From NCBI GenBank assembly GCA_027858635.1, contig JAQICG010000192.1:1-28237 (forward strand): 28,237 nt of DNA, written 5' to 3'. Positions 18,993 through 26,484 of the stretch are shown here, piece after piece. This DNA is from Gammaproteobacteria bacterium. GTDB taxonomy: Bacteria; Pseudomonadota; Gammaproteobacteria; SZUA-229. The position numbers were made by a program, and so were the translations under genes. A model generated the notes under the pieces. The model worked only from the letters and a program-made list of their open reading frames with translations, had not been told where the DNA came from and searched no databases. Each line of letters opens with the position of its first letter. Within the stretch, counting starts at the first letter, position 1.

Positions 18993-19346
18993 CTAGAACA
19001 CCATCACCTGATCGCTGTCTTTGACCCAGGCCGCCAGTGCTTTCATCGAGCCGCGCTCGATACCGGGAATCATGGTGGCTTCATCAATGGCGCAATCGTT
19101 CAGGGACATGCCGCAGGCGCGCACCTCGAGGCCGCACTCCATCAGCTCGGCCAGCAGCTCTTCCAGATTCACCGCGCCTGCGGGTGGCTGCTGGTTAATG
19201 CGGCCGACCTCAACACCATTATCCAGCAGGTGTACGCGCACCACCATGTCTTCAGTCAGGGCGGCGCCGGCAAAACGCAACGCGTGCCAGGCCTTGTTGT
19301 CGGCTTGATAGGGGGCGTTTTGAATAACGACAGTGACGGTACTCAT
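18993..19346 (-). CDS. DsrE/DsrF-family protein (putative sulfur carrier)
   Basis: VVIQNAPY..ALRFA..VHLLDNGV, the conserved Cys in VRACG, and SMKALAAWVKDSDQVMVF. TAATG overlap with tauE. Confidence 0.88.
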   Translation of the reverse strand: MSTVTVVIQNAPYQADNKAWHALRFAGAALTEDMVVRVHLLDNGVEVGRINQQPPAGAVNLEELLAELMECGLEVRACGMSLNDCAIDEATMIPGIERGSMKALAAWVKDSDQVMVF

Positions 19347-20131
19347 TATGAAAACTCCTGGATTAGTTGCTGGATTAATATGTAACTGGCGACCAGTAAC
19401 AGGAAGATGCCAAAGCCTTTTTTCAGCAGGGCAGCGGGCAGGCGATGCGCCAGATGGCTGCCGGCCAGACTGCCGACGATAGCGATCAGGGTAAAGGTAG
19501 CCATGAGCGAATAGTCGATCGCCACCGCGCCGGCATAGCCAGCAAAACCGGCCACCGATTTCAGGGTGACGATGCCCAGCGATGTGCCTACCGCCTGTTT
19601 CATGGGCAGGCCGGATAGCAGGACCAGTGCCGGCACAATCAGAAAGCCGCCGCCAACACCCACCAGCCCGGTGAGTACGCCGATGGCAATGCCGTGAACA
19701 GCAATTTCACGGTAATTCAGGTCATCGCAAAAACCGTCTGCGCATTCGGTACTGGCGGCGCCGACCGATTTGTGCAGAGCGACCGGTTTGAGCATTCTCC
19801 AGGCGGCGAGGTACATTACCAGCGCGAACAGGGTGAGCTGGATAAAGACCGGGGTGATTACGCCCAGACGCGCACCGGCATAGGTGCCGAGTACGCCAAA
19901 CAGACCAAAAACAAGGGTGACCTTCATGTTGACGTTGCCGCGATGCCAGTGCTGTAGCGCAGTGATGCCGGCGGTAATGGCGACAATGCCCAGGCTCATG
20001 GCGATGGCCGATTTGGGCTCGACATCCAGCAGGTAAAGCAGTGCCGGCACGGTAACGATGGAACCACCACTACCGAAAATGCCGAGTAACACACCGGTCA
20101 TAATACCGGCCACAATGACAGCGAAAGACAT
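19346..20131 (-). CDS. TauE/SafE (TSUP) sulfite-exporter-family transporter
   Basis: Duplicated G-rich motifs [16 protein letters not shown] and [21 protein letters not shown], and about 8 TM segments. Confidence 0.92.
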   Translation of the reverse strand: MSFAVIVAGIMTGVLLGIFGSGGSIVTVPALLYLLDVEPKSAIAMSLGIVAITAGITALQHWHRGNVNMKVTLVFGLFGVLGTYAGARLGVITPVFIQLTLFALVMYLAAWRMLKPVALHKSVGAASTECADGFCDDLNYREIAVHGIAIGVLTGLVGVGGGFLIVPALVLLSGLPMKQAVGTSLGIVTLKSVAGFAGYAGAVAIDYSLMATFTLIAIVGSLAGSHLAHRLPAALLKKGFGIFLLLVASYILIQQLIQEFS

Positions 20132-20143
20132 GTTAAATACTCA

Positions 20144-21121
20144 CTATTGATTAATGGGATAACCCTGTTTATTCCAGTCGACCATGCCCATCTTCACCAC
20201 GTGCACATCGGCAAAGCCGTGCTGCGCCAGCAGCTGCGCCGCCTGCGAGGACATTTTGTCGGTGCGGCAGATGGTGAGCACCGGCTGTTCCAGATAACCG
20301 CCCAGTTCATCCAGGCGCTGCGGCAGTTCGTTGAGCGGAATGTGGGTGGCCTCGGCAATGTGGCCGAGATCGCCGTGGTAACCCTCTTCAGGGCGCACAT
20401 CCAGCAGCAGCAGTTTTTCGCCGGTATCCAGCCGCTGCTTGAGCTGCTCGGTGCTGACCATGGGTTTGCGGCGCAGCATGGCGATCAGCCGGGGCAAAAA
20501 GCCCACCACAGCCAGCAGGGCGATGGCCAGCAGGATCTTCTGGATCATGCCTTCACCACCGGCGATGGCCTCCTTACCGGCGTAACCCAGATAGGTGTAG
20601 GCGATGGCACCGGGCAGCATGCAGACATAGGTGGCGATGCTGTACTGGGCGAAACTGATGCGGGTCAGGCCCAGCGCGTAGTTCAGCAGGTTGAACGGGA
20701 ACAGCGGCACCAGCCGGGTGAAAGCGACAAAGCGCCAGCCCTCGTTTTCCACACCGGAGACCAGCTGTTTCATTTTGCCGCCGGTCTGAGCATCCATTTT
20801 TTTGGCCACCCAGTCGGCGGCCAGATAGCGCGCCACCAGAAATGAGAGCATGGCGCCCACCGTGGCGGCGGTTAGATTATAAAAAGTACCCCAGTAAGGT
20901 CCGAACAGGGCGCCGCCGAGCAGGGTAAGTAGTGAGCCGGGCAGGAAAAAAACCGCACCCAGCGCGTAGATCACCATGAACAAAATCGGCGCGGCACCAC
21001 CGGCGCTCTGAATCCACTGTTCCAGTGCGTCGGCATTGATCTGATCCCGGTACATCACGACAATGGCAATGCCAGTGAGCAGTATCAGTGCCAGTAGCAG
21101 TTTGGTAGTCGTATTTTTCAT
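20144..21121 (-). CDS. VTT/TVP38 (DedA-like) membrane domain fused to a C-terminal rhodanese
   Basis: FFLPGSLLTLLGGALFG, RLVPLFPFNLLNYALG and LPG..AY; then LLDVR..E..GHI..A.HIP and the active-site loop ICRTDKMS. TAATG overlap at 21121. Confidence 0.92.
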   Translation of the reverse strand: MKNTTTKLLLALILLTGIAIVVMYRDQINADALEQWIQSAGGAAPILFMVIYALGAVFFLPGSLLTLLGGALFGPYWGTFYNLTAATVGAMLSFLVARYLAADWVAKKMDAQTGGKMKQLVSGVENEGWRFVAFTRLVPLFPFNLLNYALGLTRISFAQYSIATYVCMLPGAIAYTYLGYAGKEAIAGGEGMIQKILLAIALLAVVGFLPRLIAMLRRKPMVSTEQLKQRLDTGEKLLLLDVRPEEGYHGDLGHIAEATHIPLNELPQRLDELGGYLEQPVLTICRTDKMSSQAAQLLAQHGFADVHVVKMGMVDWNKQGYPINQ

Positions 21122-22002
21122 TATTTGTTGTCCTCAGAATCGTCCTCGGAATCTTCTGTCCACTGACGGCGGTTAATGGTGTAACCGCTCACCTTGCCGG
21201 TAAAAGGCATGACCAGCAGGCCGGTGATCCAGGAGGACTGTCTGGTTGTGCGGAAATTTCTGATGCCGATGGTCATGCCCAGATGGCCCGCGCGCGGCTG
21301 GTCGCGGTAGGTGCCGAGCAGACGATCCCACCAGCTCAGGTTGAAACCGAAATTGCTGTTGGTCTCATCATCTTCAATGGAGTGGTGCACGCGGTGCATG
21401 TCCGGAGTGACGACGAACCAGCGCAGGAACCTGTCCAGCGCCGGTGGCAGTCCGACATTGCCGTGGTTGAACATGGACATGGCGTTGAGCACTACTTCAA
21501 AAATGACGACCGCCACTACGGGTGCACCGATGACTACAATGGTGGCGAACTTGATCACCATCGACAGCAGAATCTCAATTGGATGAAAGCGCGCGCCGGT
21601 GGTCAGGTCAAAATCCAGATCGGCATGGTGCACCCGGTGCAGTCGCCACAGCGCAGGTACAGCGTGCACCATGACATGCTGCAAATAGATGATCAGATCC
21701 ATTATCACCACCGAGAGGATGATGGTCACGGCCAGCGGCAACTGGAAATAGTTAAACAGCCCCCAGCCCTGTTGGCTGACGAAGGCGGCCATGCCCACTG
21801 CGGCGGCAGGAAAAATCAGACGCAATAGAATAGTGTTAAAAAATACCAGTCCCAGATTATTGCCCCAACGCAGAGCCTTGGAAACCGTTAGTGCACGTTT
21901 GGGGGCGAGCACTTCCCAGAGTGCCATGATCGCCAGCACGCCCAGAAAAAAACTCAGACGGATGGTTTGTTCGTGTTGGGCAATTGAGTTAATCAGGTTC
22001 AT
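21121..22002 (-). CDS. Sterol desaturase / fatty acid hydroxylase superfamily membrane di-iron protein
   Basis: His boxes HVMVH, LHRVHH, FNHGN and MHRVHHS, plus NFGFNLSWWDRLLGTY and several TM segments. Confidence 0.92.
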   Translation of the reverse strand: MNLINSIAQHEQTIRLSFFLGVLAIMALWEVLAPKRALTVSKALRWGNNLGLVFFNTILLRLIFPAAAVGMAAFVSQQGWGLFNYFQLPLAVTIILSVVIMDLIIYLQHVMVHAVPALWRLHRVHHADLDFDLTTGARFHPIEILLSMVIKFATIVVIGAPVVAVVIFEVVLNAMSMFNHGNVGLPPALDRFLRWFVVTPDMHRVHHSIEDDETNSNFGFNLSWWDRLLGTYRDQPRAGHLGMTIGIRNFRTTRQSSWITGLLVMPFTGKVSGYTINRRQWTEDSEDDSEDNK

Positions 22003-22066
22003 GGAAGTCTTCTCCGGCGGTACTTGTGAAAGCCGACAATCAGGTTATGATAATATCTGCATAAAG

Positions 22067-22088
22067 TATTCAATTAATCTCTTGAATA
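22067..22088. promoter_or_regulatory. Putative ArsR/SmtB-type operator in the divergent promoter
   Basis: Perfect 7-8-7 inverted repeat TATTCAA-TTAATCTC-TTGAATA in the 110-bp AT-rich gap between the operon start and the arsR remnant. Confidence 0.6.
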
Positions 22089-22112
22089 GTAGAATAGAGG
22101 AAGTAACATAAT

Positions 22113-22424
22113 ATGTCAAGCGGAAATTTCGAACACGCTCTTTTTTCCCAGTTTGCCCGGGTGGGTAAGACAATGAGTAGTGTTAATCATCTGGAGCTGC
22201 TGGAGTTTCTGGCCCAGGGTGAATGCAGTGTCGACGAACTGGCGAAAGTCGCCGGCAGAAAACAGAGACTTAAAGTCTATTACAGCCTGGGCAACGATGA
22301 TGTCATCACCCTGTTCCATGCCCTGCACAAAGTCGCCAGAGTAAAGCAAAAAAGCCTGAAAGCGCGAGGACTGGAAGAGGGTTTCACGGAATGGAAAATA
22401 GCCGGATTGCTGGTGGAGCGTTAG
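22113..22424 (+). pseudogene. Internally deleted ArsR-HTH/rhodanese fusion regulator
   Basis: LFSQFARVGK..LELLEFLAQGECSVDELAKVAG jumps to RKQRLKVYYSL, so the recognition helix is missing. LHKVA jumps to ..LKARGLEEGFTEWKIAGL, which is only the last rhodanese segment with no catalytic Cys loop. Confidence 0.8.
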
Positions 22425-22441
22425 CTGTAAGCAAAAAGTTT

Positions 22442-22578
22442 TTTGGCAGGGAAGGGGTAAAGGCAAAAACCAAAGCATTCACCGCAGAGGCGCAGAGGGC
22501 GCAGAGAAAACCTAATTCTTAATAGTTTGTGCAAAGCACAAATAAAACCTCTGCGTTCTTTGCGTCCTCTGCGGTGAA
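22442..22578. repeat. GCAGAG inverted-repeat element, locus 2 (flank, left arm, 42-bp core, right arm)
   Basis: Left arm 22472-22506 is identical over 35 nt to 26001-26035. Core 22507-22548. Right arm 22549-22578 is an imperfect complement of the left arm. Confidence 0.9.
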
Positions 22579-22613
22579 AGATTTGACATTTATCATCAAG
22601 AAAGTAGGCATGC

Positions 22614-22643
22614 GTACGATTATGCTGCGCTAATCGTACCTAC
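22614..22643 (-). repeat. GTAG-type REP
   Basis: Minus strand reads GTAG-GTACGATTA-GCGCAGCA-TAATCGTAC, a perfect 9-bp stem directly after GTAG. Confidence 0.75.
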
Positions 22644-22678
22644 GGGCTCTGATTTTTATTTATCTCTTCCCTGAATAG

Positions 22679-22717
22679 AAAAACCCCCCCGCAGACACTC
22701 GTCTGCGAGGGGTTTTT
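22679..22717 (-). terminator. Rho-independent terminator of the phoX-like gene
   Basis: Minus strand CCCCTCGCAGAC-GAGT-GTCTGCGGGGGG followed by a U tract. The stem is perfect on this strand with one G-U pair; about 20 nt after the stop codon. Confidence 0.85.
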
Positions 22718-22736
22718 ATTTGCTTAATGACGGCTG

Positions 22737-24257
22737 TTATTTGCCGCAGTTTGAGCTTGCAGCCAGATCCATCAGGGCATCTTTCTTATCACCTTTGATA
22801 CCTAGATCCCTGGCGGCATGTGCTACACAGGAAACATATTTACCATGGTTTTTAGCGGACTGACAATCACATGACTCGGTTACTTCATGCTTGATGATCC
22901 ATAGTGAATCATTGTTATTATGTGCACTGGGGTGTTGAACATTAACGTAGAAAGTCATTGGGTCGCGTGGATCGGCTTTGAAACCGGTTGGTTCTGAGCC
23001 GTATTTACCCAGTCCAGCGAACAATGCAACGTGTTCAGCAACACCATTCTTGTCAGCATCAACCGCCTGCCATATATCACCGGGGTTTTCGTCTTCGATG
23101 ATGTAAATGTTACCCGCCGCATCCGTTGCCAGGTTATCAGGATCATCCAGACCATAAGATGAATCATTGCTACCGGCACCTACCGGGTAATTGCCAAGCA
23201 GATCAGGTGTGACAGCGTTGTTCATGAATTCACGAACCATGGCAGTCTCATCAGATAACAGCTCGATACCATAAACGATGTTTTCACTGGTTGTAGCAAA
23301 CAGCAGGTATTCGTTACCGTTGGCTATTGTCATGGTCACATCTTCAGGTCGACCGTATGGTGTGCCGTTGATTTCGTCTGTAGCAGCACGGCCACCACGA
23401 TTAGTAAAATCAAACGGGTTAGCAGTGATGCCAGGCGCGGCAGCGGTGCCGGAGGCATCTGTCAGCGCAACCCATGTGGCATAACCTGTACGAGTATCAG
23501 CCGGATTATAATTGGCACTGGCATCACCGGTGAAGGCATCCACTGACAATACAAAAGTCTGACCTTGTGTGTATATACCCGCAACAGAAGGTACAAACTT
23601 GTAAATAGACCCTGAATTGTTTTCATCGACAAAGTACAGATTACCGGCCTTGTCAAATTTCAGGCCTTCATGGGAAATCGAAGGAATATTACTTAGCCAT
23701 GTCCACTGTGCATCAATAGCACTTGTTGCTGTAGTAGGGTTAGCCAGTTCGAAGATACGGCCGCCACCTGCCCATTCTTCAGCAGTCAGTAAGGTGCCTG
23801 TGGGTGTAACCGTGGCAGGATCAAGACCACCAAAGTTATCGTTCGTGTGATCCCAACCATCAGTAGGGTCGGTATCGTAGTCTGATCCGGGAATACCCTG
23901 TAAAAGAACGGCTGCTTCACCAGTATCACGATTTAAACGTGTTACGCCGGCGCCATCACCAACCTCGTGTGGAATATAAATAAATTCAGCATTCTGACCG
24001 CCGAAGTCCAGCATGTCCCAGTTACCGAAAGTCGCCGGGTATGTCTCACCTTTTGCAGCAAAATCAGCAGCAAGGGTTTCGCGACTGGCTACGAAAGACT
24101 GTGAGAAGTTCTCAGGAATAGTGAAGGGGTTATTGTTGTATGAGTCAGCATCTGTGTTTGTATTTGGTGCGGACAGTGGCTCAAAAAAAGTACCGGCATT
24201 TACAGAGCAGGATACGGTTGCGGTTACTGCAGCTATTAGAAGTTTTTTTGATATCAT
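22737..24257 (-). CDS. PhoX/DUF839-family secreted phosphatase-like protein with a Cys-rich C-terminal tail
   Basis: TPTGTLLTAEEW, SHEG, YFVDE, GRPED, DDPDNL, IIED, SEPTG and VNVQHP follow the PhoX motif order. Sec-type signal peptide; GGAG precedes ATG 24257 (ORF track starts at 24272); Pho box upstream. Confidence 0.85.
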   Translation of the reverse strand: MISKKLLIAAVTATVSCSVNAGTFFEPLSAPNTNTDADSYNNNPFTIPENFSQSFVASRETLAADFAAKGETYPATFGNWDMLDFGGQNAEFIYIPHEVGDGAGVTRLNRDTGEAAVLLQGIPGSDYDTDPTDGWDHTNDNFGGLDPATVTPTGTLLTAEEWAGGGRIFELANPTTATSAIDAQWTWLSNIPSISHEGLKFDKAGNLYFVDENNSGSIYKFVPSVAGIYTQGQTFVLSVDAFTGDASANYNPADTRTGYATWVALTDASGTAAAPGITANPFDFTNRGGRAATDEINGTPYGRPEDVTMTIANGNEYLLFATTSENIVYGIELLSDETAMVREFMNNAVTPDLLGNYPVGAGSNDSSYGLDDPDNLATDAAGNIYIIEDENPGDIWQAVDADKNGVAEHVALFAGLGKYGSEPTGFKADPRDPMTFYVNVQHPSAHNNNDSLWIIKHEVTESCDCQSAKNHGKYVSCVAHAARDLGIKGDKKDALMDLAASSNCGK

Positions 24258-24320
24258 TTTTACATTCTCCATTTAGAATGAGGGTTAATAAATACAGCGT
24301 GTGTATTATTTCTAACCAGT

Positions 24321-24360
24321 CTTTCAGTTTTATTATGAATTGGTGATAGTTTTATTACAG
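24321..24360 (-). promoter_or_regulatory. PhoB binding site (tandem Pho boxes)
   Basis: Minus strand CTGTAAT-AAAA-CTATCAC-CAAT-TCATAAT-AAAA-CTGAAAG with 11-bp periodicity. The first 18 nt match 16/18 of the E. coli consensus CTGTCATAWAWCTGTMAY. AATAAT (-10-like) lies 10 nt downstream. Confidence 0.8.
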
Positions 24361-24497
24361 TTTTATTTGCCATGAGAAATCATTGGCTTAGACTGATATT
24401 TTTTCAGAAAATAATAACTGCGCTGTGGCTTCAGATATCGGGGAGGGGTGAATATGATTGCATGTAATAAAGACAAATAAGGGAAATGGACAAAGCA

Positions 24498-25883
24498 TCA
24501 ATCCAGACGATTTTTCATGACGTGCTGGTATTCGCGGATGCGTTGTACATAGCGGATGGGTTCGGTGCCGCGGGCGTAACCGTATTTGAGATCCTTGTAG
24601 TATTTTTTTTTGGCCAGCAGTGGTAGTACCTGCTTGATGTCACGCCAGTGATGCGGGCTGAGGCCCTGCTTTCTGGCCAGTGTCTGGGCATCGTGCATGT
24701 GGGCGCGGCCGACATTGTAGGCGGCCAATGCCAGCCAGATGCGATCCTCGCCGGTGACTTCGTCAGAGAAGCGGTTCATCATCCGAGACAGATAATCGGC
24801 GCCGCCGAAGATACTCTGTTTCGGGTCGAGGCGGTTTTCTACGCCCACGGCTCTGGCGGTGTTGAGGGTCAGCATCATAATGCCGCGTACTCCGGTTGGA
24901 GATATTGCTTTCGCATTCCAGTGTGATTCCTGATAACCCTGCGCGGCGAGAACAGTGTAGGGAACATTGTATTTTTCGGCGGCCAATTTGAAATATTCCT
25001 GATACTGAGGAAAGCGATCATCAATGCGGCGGAGGTAAGTCTGAATGTCGACATAGTCGAAGGCTTCGAAAAAACCGTAGTAGCGTTCCAGCAGACTGGC
25101 GAGGTGATCGTTGTCGTGAAATTGCTGAAGCCATTTGCTTACTTCCGCCTGCAGCGATTTGCTCTGCTGTGGCATCGCCCACCCAAGTGACTGCGATTTT
25201 GAAAGGTTCATGGGTGCAATCAACTCCGGAAAATAGCGACGGTTGATGTCAACGATGTTGGAGTCGGCCACGGTGCAGTCCAGCTTCCTTTCCCAGACAT
25301 CCTGCATCAGCTGTTCGGTGGTCTTGTCTTCGGTCTCTGCCCACGCCAGTTCCGGATACTGGGTAAGTTTCAGTGTTTGCAGGCGGCGGGCGTAACTACT
25401 ATCGGCCAGCACTTTAATATTTAGCCCAATCAGCGATTCCACCTCCTCGGGTTGCACATTATCACGACGGCAAACCACCTGCTGAGTCACATCCTGATAG
25501 GCGGTACCGAAGCGAAAGCGCTGCTTACGTTCATCAAAAATAGTGAGCCCGGCCGCCGCAAGATCACCTTCACCCTGCATAAGCGCATCCAGAATCTCTG
25601 GAACCGTCTCCTTAATGCGAAACTCCGTCTTAACCCCGAGATAAGCGGCAAAGGCTTCGGCCATATCGTGTTCGATACCCGTCGACTCGCCATCACGTCC
25701 GATATACCAGGTGGTTGGGGCATTGCGAGTGAGAACGATCAATGTGCCGGATTCCTTAATGGCAGAGAGATCACGCGCCGAGCCGGCGGGTTGATCGTCG
25801 CAGCCGGCCAGTGCGAATAGCGTTATCAGAAAAGTTAAAGAGCGACGATAGTGAAACATATAACAGAGTCCTGTTCTGAGCAT
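24498..25883 (-). CDS. mltF: Membrane-bound lytic murein transglycosylase MltF
   Basis: Lipobox LAGC; substrate-binding domain (G.EHDMA..FA..LG, AAAGLT); SLT domain (YQESHW, GIMMLT, ALAAYNVG, YGYARG.EP..YV). The start could be ATG 25859. Confidence 0.93.
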   Translation of the reverse strand: MLRTGLCYMFHYRRSLTFLITLFALAGCDDQPAGSARDLSAIKESGTLIVLTRNAPTTWYIGRDGESTGIEHDMAEAFAAYLGVKTEFRIKETVPEILDALMQGEGDLAAAGLTIFDERKQRFRFGTAYQDVTQQVVCRRDNVQPEEVESLIGLNIKVLADSSYARRLQTLKLTQYPELAWAETEDKTTEQLMQDVWERKLDCTVADSNIVDINRRYFPELIAPMNLSKSQSLGWAMPQQSKSLQAEVSKWLQQFHDNDHLASLLERYYGFFEAFDYVDIQTYLRRIDDRFPQYQEYFKLAAEKYNVPYTVLAAQGYQESHWNAKAISPTGVRGIMMLTLNTARAVGVENRLDPKQSIFGGADYLSRMMNRFSDEVTGEDRIWLALAAYNVGRAHMHDAQTLARKQGLSPHHWRDIKQVLPLLAKKKYYKDLKYGYARGTEPIRYVQRIREYQHVMKNRLD

Positions 25884-25975
25884 AGGGTTGAATAGGGGGC
25901 ATTCTACGCGTGCAGCAAGCGCCTATCCAATCGGGTTTATGAATGGGGTCTTAGTTAAGGCTGTTATACGGGTTA

Positions 25976-26106
25976 TTTGGCAGGGAAAGGGATAAAAGCA
26001 AAAGCATTCACCGCAGAGGCGCAGAGGGCGCAGAGGTTTTAATTGTGCTTCGCACAAACTATTAAGAATTAGGTTTTCTCTGCGCTCTCTGCGCCTCTGC
26101 GGTGAA
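25976..26106. repeat. GCAGAG inverted-repeat element, locus 3
   Basis: Arms 26007-26035 and 26078-26106 pair at 28/29. Core 26036-26077 is the reverse complement of the locus 2 core at 40/42. Confidence 0.9.
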
Positions 26107-26111
26107 TAGCT

Positions 26112-26471
26112 TTAAACCAAAACCCCAATCCAGATAATCACTGCCATAGTAATCGCCACAAAAACCGCCGATGAGCCCATGTCTTTGGCGCGGCCGGATA
26201 GTTCGTGGGGGGCGTCGCTGATGCGGTCGACGACGGTTTCGATGGCGGAGTTGAGTAATTCGATGAGCATGATAAATAACAGGCTGCTGATCAGAATCAC
26301 TTTGTCTAACAGGGTTTCACCGAGATAGAGGGCGACGGGGGTGAGTGCGATGCACAGCCACAGTTCCTGGCGAAAGGCGGCTTCGTTTTTGTAGGCGGCC
26401 ATGAAGCCCAGCCAGGAATAACCTGCGGCATTGATGATTCGGGTGAGGCCTGTTGCACCGGCTTTTGCCAT
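26112..26471 (-). CDS. dgkA: Diacylglycerol kinase
   Basis: GYSW.G..AA..NEAAFRQE, ELLNSAIETVVDRIS and HELSGRAKDMGSSAV. ATG 26471 has GGAG upstream. Confidence 0.93.
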   Translation of the reverse strand: MAKAGATGLTRIINAAGYSWLGFMAAYKNEAAFRQELWLCIALTPVALYLGETLLDKVILISSLLFIMLIELLNSAIETVVDRISDAPHELSGRAKDMGSSAVFVAITMAVIIWIGVLV

Positions 26472-26484
26472 GATAGGTCTCCTT

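Noticed and set aside
17683-18996. 437-aa plus-strand ORF, and similar ORFs at 3254-3913, 11026-11802, 14919-15545 and 20147-20845
   Set aside because: Antisense shadows of well-supported GC-rich genes, with no recognisable motifs or ribosome-binding sites.
22116-22478. 120-aa minus-strand ORF
   Set aside because: Antisense to the arsR remnant and starts inside the repeat element.
22472-22578. CRISPR-like interpretation of the GCAGAG repeats
   Set aside because: The arms are inverted and dispersed rather than direct repeats with unique spacers, and no cas genes are present.
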